Source: Octopus vulgaris
Taxonomy: Eukaryota
DNA length: 64,000 bases
Reading direction: 5' to 3'
NCBI GenBank assembly: GCA_951406725.2
Contig: OX597828.1
Coordinates: forward strand, 37,200,001 to 37,264,000
Shown: positions 37,640 through 52,091 of the stretch, piece by piece
Numbering within the stretch: the first letter of the stretch is position 1
Layout of the letters: each line of letters begins with the position of its first letter
The notes under the pieces: model-generated
Told to the model about the DNA's origin: nothing
Seen by the model: only the letters and a program-made list of their open reading frames with translations
Database searches by the model: none
Made by a program: the position numbers and the translations under genes

Positions 37640-39100
37640 TTGGTCATTAGCTCTGGTTTGCTTGGATTTTATTACATTTACAACACAGGAAGTGTTCGAA
37701 GTAATATATGCTCAGAGCAAACCAGAGCTATTTTTTAATTATATATTGTGCATATTTATAAGTTCTGCGAGTTTTGTTATGAACTTGTCTGCATGGTTTT
37801 TTCAGCTTTCAGATTTTATGTTCATATTATATTTATTTTCAGATCTTTTTATTAGGACCTTCGTCTTGTTTTGGAGATCCATTTTCATCTGATGGGACTT
37901 ACAAGTCGATTAGGACACATTTCTTACTCAAGTAGATTCTGAGAACAGTATTTTGTCAATTAGACTGTTCAAGAGTAAGGTTGCTTTGCCATTCTCGGCT
38001 AACTTTTTCTGGTACATTCCTATACAATCTTCTTTGTGTTGGTATTCCATAGGGGTGGCATGACTTCTAGTGTATGCTAGTTCCAACTTCATTATGGTTG
38101 TGGTGGCTATTGTTGGACCGTGAGAAGACGATTTAGTTTATTGTTTCTTCTCAATATCCACATAACCTGCAGTTACTTACTATGCTCTTCTTCATTATAT
38201 ACTTCTGGTACTTTAGCCCCTTGTGGGCAGTAAAGAAATATATATACTTCTAGTATGGCGGCAAGCTGGCAGAAACGTTAGCACGCCGGGCGAAATTTAG
38301 CGGTATTTCGTCTGTCATTACGTTCTGAGTTCAAATTCCGCCGAGGTCGACTTTGCCTTTCATCCTTTCGGGGTCGATTAAATAAGTACCAGTTACGCAC
38401 TGGGGTCGATAAAATCGACTTAATCCGTTTGTCTGTTCCTGTTTGTCCCTTCTGTGTGTAGCTCATTGTGGACAGTAAAGAAATAGGTATTTCGTTTGTC
38501 ATTACGTTCTGAGTTCAAATTCCGCCGAGGTCGAATTTGCCTTTCATCTTTTCGGGGTCACGTACTGGGGTCGATCTAATCTATTACATCCCCACCCACT
38601 CCCAAAATTTCGGGCCTTGTGCCTAGAGTAGAAAAAATTATATACTTTTGGTGATTTCTGAAAAGAAAGCCATGATATTGAGAAGTTATCAAGAATTTTT
38701 TCAGTCGTTGCTTTGAATCCAGCGCTTCTCAGCGAGTAATGAAATTTTTTGTATCTACTTCCATTCCATTCAAGATTTTCCAATATCACATGTGTAGTGT
38801 TCTTCTTGTCATCGTTTTATCATAACATTCTGTAGCCACAGTTTTAGTTTCGATTCCAGGTGATTCTCGATTTCTGCTGTGTCTCCTTTTTTTCTTTATA
38901 GCTATTTGTTATTGCAGCCTTTTTTTTGTATTTGTTCGTATCTTTGAAAACAGAAAACAGTTTTTGTTCTTTCTCATGTTTCGAAGATATTTGTCTTAAT
39001 TTTTCATCATTCTGTACCAGTTTATTTTTTATTGTAGTACAGTTGATATTTTGTAATTGTTTTACTCTTCAGAGTGGAAAGCTGAGAATTCTAACGTCAT
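37640..39100 (-). pseudogene. R4/Dong-like non-LTR retrotransposon remnant (post-RT region and restriction-like endonuclease), split by a SINE
   Basis: Minus strand LRSAGFKATTE (about 38730-38700) and HNEVGTSIH*KSCHPYGIPTQRRLYRNVPEKV...KKCVLIDL*VPSDEN (about 38095-37880). Confidence 0.7.
38256..38635 (+). mobile_element. SINE family A, dimeric, inserted in the LINE remnant
   Basis: Head, B-box, core, tail, GGTATTTCG junction, second B-box. Confidence 0.9.
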
Positions 39101-40217
39101 ACTAGATAAAATAACCAAAATAAGTGAATACGACCAACTATAAACATACAGAATAGACGCTCATATGAAAGAAAATACGGGGAAGAAATGTCATGGGCGA
39201 TTGAGAATAATACTTAAAACAGAACTGTATGCAAACGAGTGATCATTTAGTGGGTTTGTATACTCTAGCAATTCCAGGACGAGTTTGTATTTCAATCTTT
39301 CGGGGGTCTATTAAATAAGGATCAGTTGAACACTGGGGTTGATGCAATCGAAATGCCCACTTCCCCAAAAGTGTCGGCCTTGTGCCTTTAACAGAAAGGA
39401 TTATTATTACATTTATCCTCATCCTCATTATCATCGTCGTCGCGGTCGTCCTCTTACTCATCCTCTTCCTCCTCTTCTTCTTCTTCCTCACCCCTCCTCC
39501 TCCTCCTTCTCCTCCTCCTCCTCCTCATCATCATCATCAGTAGCAGCATCAGCATCAGCATTCACATCGTCCTCTTCATCAAAGCTATACATTAGCAGAA
39601 TCAAAATGGTGGCTGATTTGCAAACAAAAAAAAAATTTTTTTTTAAATGGTAAAGTGTTTGACAGATTGGCGGAGACGGTAGACTGCCGGGCGTTAAGAT
39701 CACAACTAAATACGAAAAAATGCTTTGCGGAATTTTGTTCCATGCTTTTAGCATTCTGATTTTAAATTTCTCTGATATCAACTCACTCGTTTATCCTTCC
39801 GGGGTCGATAAACGAAGTCACTATCAATAACCGATACTGACTCAATTGATTTCACCTTTCCCCAAGCCCCACAACATCGCCACACACTCAACACCAGATA
39901 TTCGCCTACGCCTATGTTTAAAAAAAAATCATTATTATTAATGCGAATAAAAGCAATGATGATAATATGAATTCTCAATATCGATAGCAAAATCAATAGG
40001 AATATGACTTGAAGGTCAATAAAACCGTCATGAGTGGAATGTCAAATATGAAATGAAACAATTACATGAGCGATTATAGTCTGAAAAAAAATGTTTCCAA
40101 CTCGATGCCTTGTATCGGCATAAAAGGACAAAGCTGCTATTGGAGACCATGTTGCGTTGCTGTTGGGGAAATTTTAAAATGATGGGAATAATTTGATGAT
40201 GTTGAAATGTAATATAG

Positions 40218-40448
40218 AAGGCGTAGATAAGGCTGTGTGGCTTAGAAGTTCGTTTAAACCACCTGGTTTCGGTGTCAGTCACACTATGCGGCACATTTGG
40301 AAAGTGTCTTCTGCTGTATTGCCGCGGGCCTACACTTGCTTTTTTAAAACTCTATCATTTATTCTGTCGCTTCTCTTTTTCGAACCACTTATTTGCAGGG
40401 ACGCAAACGAACTAACACAAGCTGTCAAGTGAGTGTGGGGACAAACAG

Positions 40449-40482
<34 letters not shown>

Positions 40483-40672
40483 GCGTTCGCACACACGGAG
40501 TTACATATCGTGTGATGGCTTTCTACACAGTTTCCTTCTACCGGATTCATTCACAAAGCTTTGGTGACCTGGGGCTGTTGTAGAAAGCACTTTCCTAATG
40601 TACCGCGCGATGGAACTCTGCCTAAAAAGCACCTGGTTGCGAAGCGAACATCTAAATCACGCATCATGCCTA
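40218..40672. mobile_element. Decayed SINE family B copies (40218-40330 plus, 40340-40672 minus)
   Basis: GGCTGTGTGGCTTAGAAG head; on the opposite strand GGGACAAACAG and CACAAAGCTTTGGT blocks. Confidence 0.65.
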
Positions 40673-41104
40673 TTACCAGGATAGGATTCGAATTCAGGAA
40701 GTAAAGGAACGCAACTGAATACCCGGAAGGCATTTTTTCGGCTCTCCACCGTCCCTGCTACTCTCTTCAAAGATGAACGAGCGACGGATTCGCTACTCCG
40801 TCGATTAAACTAGTAGAAATAGCAGCAGATACTCCCTCAAATCTTGGTCTGATGTTTTTAGGCAATATATACTGAAACATATGCAACGATGAAGACGGTC
40901 ATCATACGTGTACATCACGTGATTATAGGCAAGCTTGATTAAAGTTGGACTGGGGCCAAACACCAACTACATCGTCATCATCATCATCATCATCATCATC
41001 ATCACCATCACCACCATCATCATCATCATCTTTATCATCAACGACAACGACACCAACCACTTCATGTAAATTGTTATTCATACAGGTACAAGGGTCAGGA
41101 ACAT

Positions 41105-41280
41105 TGGTTTCAAATTTTGGACACAAGGCCAGCAATTTCGGGGTTGGGGTTGGGTTAAGTCGATTACATCGACCCCAGTGCTCCACTGGTACTCATCTTA
41201 TCGGTCCCGAAAGGATAAAAGACAAAGTCGACCTCGGCAAAATTTGACCCAAAACATAAAGACAGACGGATTGCCGCTAA
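41105..41280 (-). mobile_element. SINE family A
   Basis: AAGTCGATTACATCGACCCCAGTG...AAAGTCGACCTCGGC. Confidence 0.8.
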
Positions 41281-43374
41281 AAGGACCAGGAATATTGAAG
41301 GCGTGGAATAGTCGATTATACCCTCTAAACCAATTTGTAAACTAATTTATATAGTTTATCGATACCTGAAAGATGGAAGTCAATTTGAAATTCGTCATAA
41401 TTTGAGCTCAGAAATTAAGTTTGGTCAGGTGCAATAATATAACTACATCATTGTGCTTAACATTCTATTGCTTCTGTTACTCCGATCCTCCACAAACATT
41501 TCTATGAAAAGGATAAGGTCACAAGATTTTGTAAGGAGAAGAGGCGGAGGCCGTTGATTAAATCAACCAAGTGTTTGTTATTTTGTTTCGTATCATCGAT
41601 TCCAGCATCATATATGCCTCTGCGTTAATTGAACTCAGAACATAAAGAACCGTAAATAAATCCATTGAATCCATTGCAGTTTTATCCAATGTCCTAACAA
41701 TTTTGCCATCCTATAGTCTTCCGATAGCCTTTTAATAATGAACTTTTGGCTGTACAATTATCAGACATTCAGAAGTAAGATTTCAGTAAACCAATTTGGC
41801 ACCAAAGTTTTCGTCTCCTTGAAACCAAACCAATTAAATTGCTGACTCTTGAAACTCGCATTGTCATACTTTTCTGAATATAATCTCTGGCTTTGTGTCT
41901 AAAATTAATCAATAATTGCAATTTCTTGTGAAATATATTGCTTTATATTTATTGATTCACTTTTACTAGGATCATGGCTTCCAATAATTTATAGGAGAAT
42001 AAAGGGGAGTAAATTAGGAGAATCCCTAAGTGTCAAATAAAAACCATTATGCATATAGTTGAGCCTCTTTAGGTTCTGAGTCTGGATCCGGGAGATTTGG
42101 AATTAAATTCTAATGGATTCAATAAAGTCGTCTGTATCTCTTTGTCAAACGTTTTTTGTTTCTTATTTTCTGCTAAAGTTACAAAGAATTATTTTACGAG
42201 TTATTGTCGATAATTCCGTTGAATTTTGAACGGTGAAATCCATAAAATTATTGAAATAGAGTTGAGCTAGACACGTTAAAAGGAAGTATAAAAATGATGG
42301 ATGAAAAACTTGACAAACTAGATTCAGAGAAAAGGCAAAAGGAAGACAGGATGACAACGAACAAGATGGTAGAATATGATGGTGGGACGAATTAAATAGC
42401 TTTGGCAAAAATTGATGGTAGGCCAGCCAAACCCCAACGCTACGGAGAGATAAAGGGAAGCTTTTATTTTGCAGTAGGGTTCGAGTGATTGATTGTCAGA
42501 TGGTTGTTTAGCCACATATCAATAATGATCAAGGAGAACTATGACCAAAGGAGTTCAAATCTGGAAAATCCCATCTCTTCTCCTGATGGTATCTTTGACG
42601 ACATTAATCAATGCGTAATTTTTTTCCCAAGATTATTCTGTGTAATTTAAGAGAGATTTGTCTGCTTCTTCTAACTGCATACGCGATCACTGGTGAGTTC
42701 CCCTTGCAGTTTCGTTTCACGACAGAGTAAAGTAATAGCAGAGCTGAAAGTGTACTGTTCGTCTCTGAATATCGAACGGTATTTCATTGTTGTGTGCTCA
42801 AAACCTGTTCTTGTGTGCTTAAAACCCATATGGATCAACTTTCCTTACTTTGGTATCAGTGAAATGATTAACAATTGTTTAATCGATATAAAGGTTTATG
42901 TCACAAGTCAAAGAGAGTGCCTCGATGCAGTGGTTTGTTCGGCTGGGAATAACAGACAGAATACTCTATATTGACATGGTAACCATAAAAACGAAGGGAC
43001 ACATTAAATAATACAGCTCTAGAATAATAGGTTGGTCATAACTGGATCACCCGTTCTATTTAGGTCTATTGGATTCGTACTGACCTAGAGCTATGCAAAA
43101 CCATCAGCAAATTCCTCTAAAATCACGTGGTAATAAGAGAAAGGAAAAACATTTTAGATGATGCATCTGCAGACTGGTCGGATGGTCGCGATTGAACTTA
43201 GGTCTACTTGGTCCATGTTGAACTGGAGCTGTACAACAATATCAACGAATGAGCCTAAAATCACGTGGAAATATTTAAAAACGAAGAACACATTAAATAA
43301 TTAAGTTGTAGAATGACAGGATAGTCACGGCTGGAATGGTCCTTGATTTTAGTTTTTGATCCGTGTTGAGTTAG

Positions 43375-43542
43375 GAGGGAAGATCGATTACATCGACCCC
43401 TAATGTTCAACTGGTAATTAATTTATCGACCTCGAAAGGATGAAAGACAAAGTCGATCTCGGCGGAATTTGAACTGAGACGGACGAAATACTACTAAGCA
43501 TTTCGATCGGCGTGCTAACACTTCTGTCAGCTCACTGCCTTA
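43375..43542 (-). mobile_element. SINE family A
   Basis: Core, B-box and head present. Confidence 0.8.
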
Positions 43543-45184
43543 TCAGCAAGAAATATGTTTCATCTACACATATGTGATTGTGTTAAAAGGAAAGAAACTA
43601 ATTGTTGATGCATGAAGAATAAGTCGATTGAATACTTTGATCGGGAGCGTTCGATTTATCGAAGTTAGAATGTGTGAGGGCTGTTTTGTATCCCAAATTA
43701 ATTATGTGAATTATATTTCGCAATGGTATCTGGTTCCTGCCAAACTCCATCGAGCTGTATATTACGAGGATCCAATCACAGGTGACTTAGCCCAAAGTTT
43801 CTAATTAAAAGACAAGCAATACGTGAATGTGTGATGTTCATACATTTCTCAGTATCATAGGGAGGATTTAAACCCGGATATTTCCTAAGGAGCTTATTTA
43901 CCTATTTATTTGCTTGTCTTTCTGTTTCTTTATTTCTCTTTTTCTCCCTCTCTCTCCCTTGTCTCTATCTCTCTCTTTATTTATCTATTCCCTCTCTCTA
44001 TTTCTCACTCTCTCTCATTATTTATTTGTTTCTCTTTCTCTACCCCCTCTCTCCCGCTCTCTCTCCGCCTCTCTCTTGACGAACAAAAATTAAATGAAAA
44101 TACGTAATGTAGAAAGGGTTTGATTTTGTTAAGCCCCAAAGACTACACTGTACACATTCCGGCCATATAAATCTCATCAGCGCAGCATAACCATAATAGA
44201 AAGCAACAACATCTTCCAATGACTTTCCGTGCATACAGTATTTTGTAATAAAAATTATTCCCAAGATAATCGCATTATTCTTTAAATATTTTGTTCATTT
44301 ACTGATTTCAATCTTCTGGAAAGCGGCTTTACAGGAACACCATATGAACATGTTTGCAACATCATATTTTTTAAAAAATCATTCAAGACGTTTTTCACTG
44401 TACAACTTCTTTTCAAAATGGAGAGATTTTGCTTTGTAAGAATGAAACCAGCAGCTGTTGTTCATTAAAGTTGTTTTAACACATAGAGAGTTCCATTTCC
44501 TGCCTACAACCAAAGGCTGTTTATCTACATGATTTATATATTGTAGAAACTATGCAATATATATTTTAAGTATCTTTATTCATTGATTTCTCATGTCCTC
44601 TTTGACATATAGGAAAGAAAAGAAACACAAACCAAAATTACACAAGAATTGTAGTTCTATGCACTTTTATCGATAAAGCCAACAAACACTCACATCTGTG
44701 TACGTATGTATGTGTGTTTCTCTTCAGTTCATTTTTTTTCTTACTATTTAAATTCTTCCTTTGAAGAAAGTGCTAGTTTCCAACAAAGATACAAAGCTCC
44801 ATCACTGGAATGAAGATAACGAAAACAATGTCATATCTTAAACCCGAGAGAAGTCTTGCATAGATTTATTGTTCCACTTACGGATTGTATTTGTACTGTT
44901 GTGAGTCAGTTGGTTGATTTCGTTTACTGAAAATTCAAGCTCTTTCAGACTGACAGACATTTATATACAAAAACAAGTGCTTCAATTATTATTGGAAGAA
45001 ATGCAAATATATAGAAGCTGGAGGTTTGAAAGCAGTTGTCCATAGTTATCTTCTTTCTCTTTGAAAAATCAAGGAGATATTCACATCCGCTGTATGTATG
45101 TATGTATGTATGTATGTATGTATGTATGTATGTATGTATGTATGTATGTATGTATGTACGTATGTATGTATTTATCTATGTATG

Positions 45185-45790
45185 TCATTGTTCAGTTTTA
45201 TTTCAAGATTTCTTGCTAATAGAGAAAGATCCTATTTCTAACCTAGATCCAAGACTCCTTCATTGGAATTTCAACATCAACAACAAGGTAGTTTTGTTTG
45301 AATGTATATATGTATGTATGTTTGTATGTATGTAAGTATGTATGTATGTATGTATGCATGCATGTGCAGATTTGTATGTTTTATGTATGTATTCCTTTGC
45401 ATATAGTTATATAGTTACATATCTAGACATGCTCATATATATATAAATGATTAACTTTTGGAAAGTTTTACAGATTTTCACAGTTCCTGTGATGGATTGG
45501 ATCTGTAGTCTTTGAATTAGCTTTCTCCTTTCTGGTTTTAAGAAGCCTAATTTCTCAAGATTGGTTTTTAGGCTGTGTGTTACATATCCCAGGGCCCCAA
45601 TAATTACAGGTATAAACCTGAACTTGTAATCTGGATAAAGTAACTGCAGTCTCTTATCTTCAGCTTTATGTTAGCATCCGCTAGGCAACTAATTTCTACA
45701 ACTGTGCAGTTTCTCTTCTCTATTCCAAATCATTAAATCAAATCTGTTGTGCTTACATTTTATTGAGGTCTTCACTGGTACATTCCACAA
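45185..45790 (-). pseudogene. 3' end of an R4/Dong-like LINE with restriction-like endonuclease C-terminus and 3' UTR, in a (TATG)n tract
   Basis: Minus strand WNVPVKTSIKCKHNRFDL...VVEISC...LQLLYPDYKFRFIPVIIGALGYVTHSLKTNLEKLGF...TGTVKICKTFQK. Confidence 0.8.
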
Positions 45791-45838
45791 GTATTCCTAT
45801 GTATGTATGTATGCCCTTTCTCTCTCTCTCTCTCTCTC

Positions 45839-45874
<36 letters not shown>

Positions 45875-46391
45875 TATACAGTGTACATTTAAACACATAA
45901 GAGGTATCCATCATGGGATTTCTGGCACGCTAGAAGGAACAGCCAAAATCCAAACCACTATTAGGGATAAACTTCGAAGGGAAAGAAGAAAATATATATA
46001 TATATATAGCATATATTCGTCCATGGCAAATATCATTATTTACCATTATTTACCAAATATTCAAATATTTTAAGATATCATGAAAAATGTGTTTCTTGTT
46101 TCAGAGTTTTAAGTTGCAAAATATATAATTTATTACGCTGAAAAAAAAATTATTTCTTTAATTAATAAATAAGAAAAATATCTATAGCAATTGTATTTTC
46201 TTCGAAGAAAACAGAATCTTGTTTTATCCATTTTTCTTTTACCAATTTTTGGAAGTCAAGGAAATTTTATATATTTCTTTTTGGTGTGTGTTGAAAATGT
46301 TTTTAGGCAAATTATGTTTTCGCCAAAAATTCATTCCCTGCAACGCGGACATACACATACACAAGACAGAAAGTTATCTATCTTGCACACA

Positions 46392-46451
<60 letters not shown>

Positions 46452-46741
46452 TCTATATATATGTATATATATGTATGTATATATGTATATATGCATATAT
46501 ATATATGTATATATATATTTATATATATACATATATATAAGCATATAAATATATATGTATGTATATATATATATATATATATGTATGTATATATGTATAT
46601 ATGCATATATATATATGTATATATATATATTTATATATATACATATATATAAGCATATATATATATGTATGTATATATATATATATAAGCATATATATAT
46701 ATATGTATGTATATATATATATAAGCATATATATATATATG

Positions 46742-46819
<78 letters not shown>

Positions 46820-46822
46820 TAT

Positions 46823-46854
<32 letters not shown>

Positions 46855-47235
46855 CGCACACATATATTATGTATATATTATCGACTGAAATCTTGTTAAT
46901 GAAAATATTATTTTCGACATACTATGATGACGGACTGAGATACAAACATGTTTGAAATTGATAGCAGCTACACTAATCATATATGAATCGATACCTTATA
47001 ATACACACACACATGCACATGTCTACATGTACTATATATATATATATGTGTGTGTGCGTGTGTGTGTGTTGGTATACATATATATTACACTAATATGCAT
47101 ATATTTTTTTACATAAAATATTGGTGTAGATATTCGTACGTAATTATACACAGACACACAAAGCACATATATGCATAGATACACACACGCACACACAGAT
47201 ACACACACATACACATATAGTTATATATATATTTT

Positions 47236-47449
47236 TTTCTTTACTACCCACAAGGGGCTAAACATAGAGGGGACAGACAAAGGAATTAAGTCGATTACAT
47301 CAACCCCAGTGCGTAACTGGTACTTAATTTATCGACCGCGAAAGGATGAAAGGCAAAGTCGACCTCGGCGGAATTTGAACTCAGAACATAACGACAGACG
47401 AAATACGGCTACGCATTTCGCCCGGCGTGCTAACGTTTCTGCCAGCTCG
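47236..47449 (-). mobile_element. SINE family A monomer
   Basis: Tail TTCTTTACTACCCACAAGGGGCT through head CTGCCAGCTCG. Confidence 0.88.
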
Positions 47450-47626
47450 TATATATACATTTATATATACATTTTGTATATATACATTTTGTATATATAC
47501 ATTTTGTAATCTATGTGTATGTATTGGCGCGTGTTCGGTTCTAAAAAGTTGTTACGTTGTTGGCAAACAGCCCTAGATAACATATCTAGAAATAGAAATT
47601 TTAACTCCAGCATCCTCCTCCTTCTC

Positions 47627-47693
<67 letters not shown>

Positions 47694-47966
47694 ATACATA
47701 TCTTTTTCTGTCTCTTTCGTTCTTATTAAACTATGCCAAAAGCCTCCTGCGAGAAATCTGTCAAACATCTCTTAACGAAACTGTACCATCATTTGCTTTC
47801 GCATCAGGAAATTCAAGCACAAAGATCTCCATGACGCCTGTCTTTTTCTTGTAGACATTATATTAGATCTCACTCGGATTTACTTCCTCGTCAGCTTTGC
47901 ATGTATTGCATTCAATATACCTGAGTGTGTGTATCTTATATACATACATACACTTAGGCATCTCCC

Positions 47967-47999
<33 letters not shown>

Positions 48000-48336
48000 G
48001 CAATCACAAACATGCATATGTATACGTATACATACAAGTACATTCGTGTATATATGTATATACACACACGCACACACACACAAATATATATATATATACA
48101 TACGTGCATATATATACACACATATATATACATACATAAATATATATACATTCATACGTACACATATATACATACATACATATATATATATATTATTTTT
48201 TGTAAGCCTAGTACTTATACTACCGGTTTCTTTTGCCGAATCGCTAAATTTAGGGGACATAAAGATACCAACATTGGTTGTCAAGAGATGGTGGGGGGAC
48301 AAGTACAAACTCAAAGACACATACATATATATATAT

Positions 48337-48931
48337 GAAGAGCGGTGCTTACCATGCGTTGACAAGAGGCAATAACCTCGAAACCGGTCCGTATGTAGTA
48401 TCCGTATCTTCGGGGAGGCTGATCTCCCTTTGCAGGCTGGCAAGGACACCGAGATGGTGTCAGCCCTTCTGGTGACGTCGATGATCGCCTGGGGCTAAAT
48501 GCATCAGTAACACCCCTACCACCCCGCCTTGTCCCTAGCCACATTCAGATGGCTGATCCCCCTTATGTTATAGAGCAGTTACTGTTTATATCTCGCTCAG
48601 AGATTTATTATTGTTTTCGAACGGATTTTCTACGCCAGTGACTGTGGTTACTGTGAAAATCCCTATATATCCAGCCTGTAGAGGAAGTCCCTCAACGAAG
48701 AGCGGTGCTTACCATGCGTTGACAAGAGGCAATAACCTCGAAACCGGTCCGTATGTAGTATCCGTATCTTCGGGGAGGCTTATCTCCCTTTGCAGGCTGG
48801 CAAGGACACCGAGATGGTGTCAAGCCCTTCTGGTGACGGCGATGATCGCCTGGGGCTAAATGCATCAGTAACACCCCTACCACCCCGCCCTGTCCCTAGC
48901 CACATTCAGATGGCTGATCCCCCTTATGTTA
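48337..48931 (+). mobile_element. Retrozyme/pseudo-LTR-like partial tandem, 360-bp unit x1.65
   Basis: GAAGAGCGGTGCTTACCATGCG at 48337 and 48697; near-identical 235-bp repeats; inserted in the (TA)n of a SINE family B copy. Confidence 0.9.
48353..48395 (+). ncRNA. Minimal type I hammerhead, U3-A8 variant (second copy 48713-48755)
   Basis: CAUGCG-UUGACAA-GAGG(CAAUAA)CCUC-GAAA-CCGG-UC^-CGUAUG: all three helices pair, palindromic ACCGGU. Predicted cleavage after C48389. Confidence 0.85.
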
Positions 48932-49232
48932 GATATATATATATATATCTAACTAAGGTTATAGAACAAACAAATGCAAGGTCATCTACATAACATTTCA
49001 TAACTCGAACATTTAATCATAGAATATACATTTAAACATCACGGGAGATGAAACATAACTCATCTGTACAAGCATATGAGAAAGTGCGAGAAAAAGTGTG
49101 TGAATACAGTTCATCACGGTTTAAAGTGAATACTTTAGCGATTAAGAAAAATATATTTAAAAAAGAACACATTACAACACCTAGAAAGTAAATACGTAAA
49201 AATATAGTATAAATAATATATAAATATATAGG

Positions 49233-49284
<52 letters not shown>

Positions 49285-49412
49285 AAGCATATAAAAATAT
49301 ATAATATATATAATGTAAAATAAAATAAAAGTTCATCGTTTAGAAAATCTTATAAAATTACTTTTCAAGTAAGAGAGGCCTTAGAGTTAGAAAAGAGGAA
49401 ACCATATTTACA

Positions 49413-49494
49413 TTCCCTATGGCCATTTCAGGGGTATATTATTGTGTTTAAAGCACTAGGGTGCATCACGCTAATAACTCCTTCGTCAGGGGAA
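49413..49494 (-). ncRNA. Type I hammerhead ribozyme
   Basis: Minus strand UUCCC-CUGACGA-AGGAG UUAUU...AAUAA..CCCCU-GAAA-UGGCCA-UA^-GGGAA; palindromic AUGGCCAU; one mismatch in helix II. Confidence 0.72.
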
Positions 49495-50277
49495 AAAATA
49501 GAGAGACAGACATCATCGCGTACCAGGCTAGCACAATGTTGTGTGCTTTCTTATTGAAGAAGTCATGCTCGGACGAGCCTAAAAGAAAGAATTATTGCAG
49601 TAAAAAATTTTTTTATAAAGCAGTAGAAAAATAAAGCAGTAAAAGAATAAATAAATAAAGCAGTAAAAAAAAATGGGTGTATTAAATTAAATTAAATTAT
49701 ATTAAATTGAACCTCCGTGGTTTCAAATCCTGTAAGAGCTAAATTATTTATTTTCTACAACTTATTTTATTCATCTACACTTTTAAGAATGGTAAAATCC
49801 GGTATCGTCGTCTTCAGTGTATTTTCCTCTCGCCGCTCATACTATAATTTCATTCTCTCCTTGGCAATACCTTCATTTTATTCAATCAATTCACAACATA
49901 CCTAACTTGAATATACTACCGTTCACATAGCAGATGAAAACTCAGCAAATAAATCACTATATAAGTGTTATAATACCAAATTAAGTCACGGTCTGATAAC
50001 GTAGAAGCCGCTGTTAACCTCAAGCTAATAAGAAATTGAATATTGGTTGGTGCTGAAGTTATCGAACTAGCTTTAAATTAAAATGAGTGTTTACAAACAT
50101 GCATTAATTCATATATACATCCACACATACATGCACACACACACACATATGTATATATATATATATGTATAGAGATTCGTATATACATACATATATATGT
50201 ATATAAATATATAAATATATTTATATATATATATATAATATGTAAATATATATATATACATTAATATATATATATAC

Positions 50278-50328
<51 letters not shown>

Positions 50329-50615
50329 TAGATAGATAGATAGATAAATACGCAAACATTCATACACACATACCTTCCACACACACGTATGTGTGTTTAT
50401 GCATATGACCTTTGTTGAAACGTCACATACGCATCTTCAACCGAGCATCAGCGTAATACATTCACAGTGTACATCCTATTGACTTTGGTCGATGTGTTTT
50501 CATTCTTATATGTACATATGTGTATGTGTGTATACGTGCATACACACATACATGCATAATGCATATATATATATACACACATATAAATGCACACACGCAC
50601 ACTCAGACACAAACG

Positions 50616-50658
<43 letters not shown>

Positions 50659-51098
50659 TCAATTATGTATGCTTATGTATATAAATATGGATGAGCGCGT
50701 GATGTGCGTATGCAGTTCCTTAAATATTCACGATTGAACGATAAAAACGTTGAAAATAAGTTTAGCTTGGCGCGATGTCTAAGATAAGGACTGGCTTTAT
50801 ATTTATAAAAGATTGCCAAGGGCGGGCAACGAACATCGAAGATATTTTAGAACACTTAGTCATGTGAATATATTTATGTATAGCAGAATGGATACAAACA
50901 TTTTTGATACGTTTTTGATAACTTCTGATAAGATATCAACGTTAAATGAATATAAACTAAGATAATAAATTCGACCGATTTTTGTAGTATACACACATAC
51001 ACACCTAGATAAATAAGCATACAGACAGGCAAAGATGCAAACATATACGTGCACACACACGTGAAAATATTTATGTATACACATATGTATGCGTGCAT

Positions 51099-51149
<51 letters not shown>

Positions 51150-51382
51150 TATATATGTATATATATATATGTGTGTATATATTCGGATATATATATATGC
51201 ATACATATGTATATGTATATATATATATGCATATATATGTATATTTATGTGAGTATATATTTGGATATATATATATATATATATACATATATATAAATAA
51301 AGCAGTATTTTTACCGTTATTTATAGTATAATAGGGTGGCTACCAAGTTCACAATCTTACAGGCACACTACCCTACTTAATC

Positions 51383-51424
<42 letters not shown>

Positions 51425-51634
51425 GTATATTTATTTATATGTATGTATATATGTATATGTATACATATATATATATACATATATATACATATATACATAC
51501 ATACATATATATATATTGTTATATTTCGGAATGGTCATATTGCCAGTTTAGCCAATAAAAACACACGCACTATATATTTGGTGTTATTTTGCTTCAGTGA
51601 TATTTATTTTTTACATTAATCTTAATCTTATTTC

Positions 51635-51679
51635 GGCCAAAGTTCTTTCGTCACACTCCTGTGACCGCATCAGTGGTCC
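51635..51679 (-). ncRNA. Candidate variant hammerhead (A9 replaced by C)
   Basis: Minus strand GGACCA-CUGAUGCG-GUCAC(AGGAGU)GUGAC-GAAA-GAAC-UU^-UGGCC. Confidence 0.5.
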
Positions 51680-52041
51680 TTTGTTTTCTTCTCACTTACT
51701 TGTGTCTCTCCTTACTAACCGTCAGCCATTTTGTATTTCTATTGTATGTCTTCATTTGCGCATGCTTATATCTCTATGTGCGTCTATGTTTATTTAGTGT
51801 GTGTGTGGGGGGGATGCCTGTAATATTTGTATCTTCTGGTTATATACATTTTTGTAATTTGTATTTTGTTTTTGTTGTTGTTGCTTTTGTTCTAATTTTG
51901 TTCATGTGTTTACATCCACCCATTATTATCATTACATATGCTTGTATGTATGTATAACAACAACAACAATATTAGTAATAATAATAATAAATCTAATCGA
52001 AAAAAAAAATATTTATATATATATACATAAATATGCATATA

Positions 52042-52091
<50 letters not shown>

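Noticed and set aside
46191-46955. Long YI/HT/CV-repeat ORFs here and throughout 50100-56700
   Set aside because: Translations of (TA)n, (CA)n and (TATG)n microsatellites; no coding signal.
47790-47900. Minus-strand CUGACGAGGAA...GAAA and a short ORF
   Set aside because: Helix II is not adjacent to GAAA; the ORF is short with no splice support.
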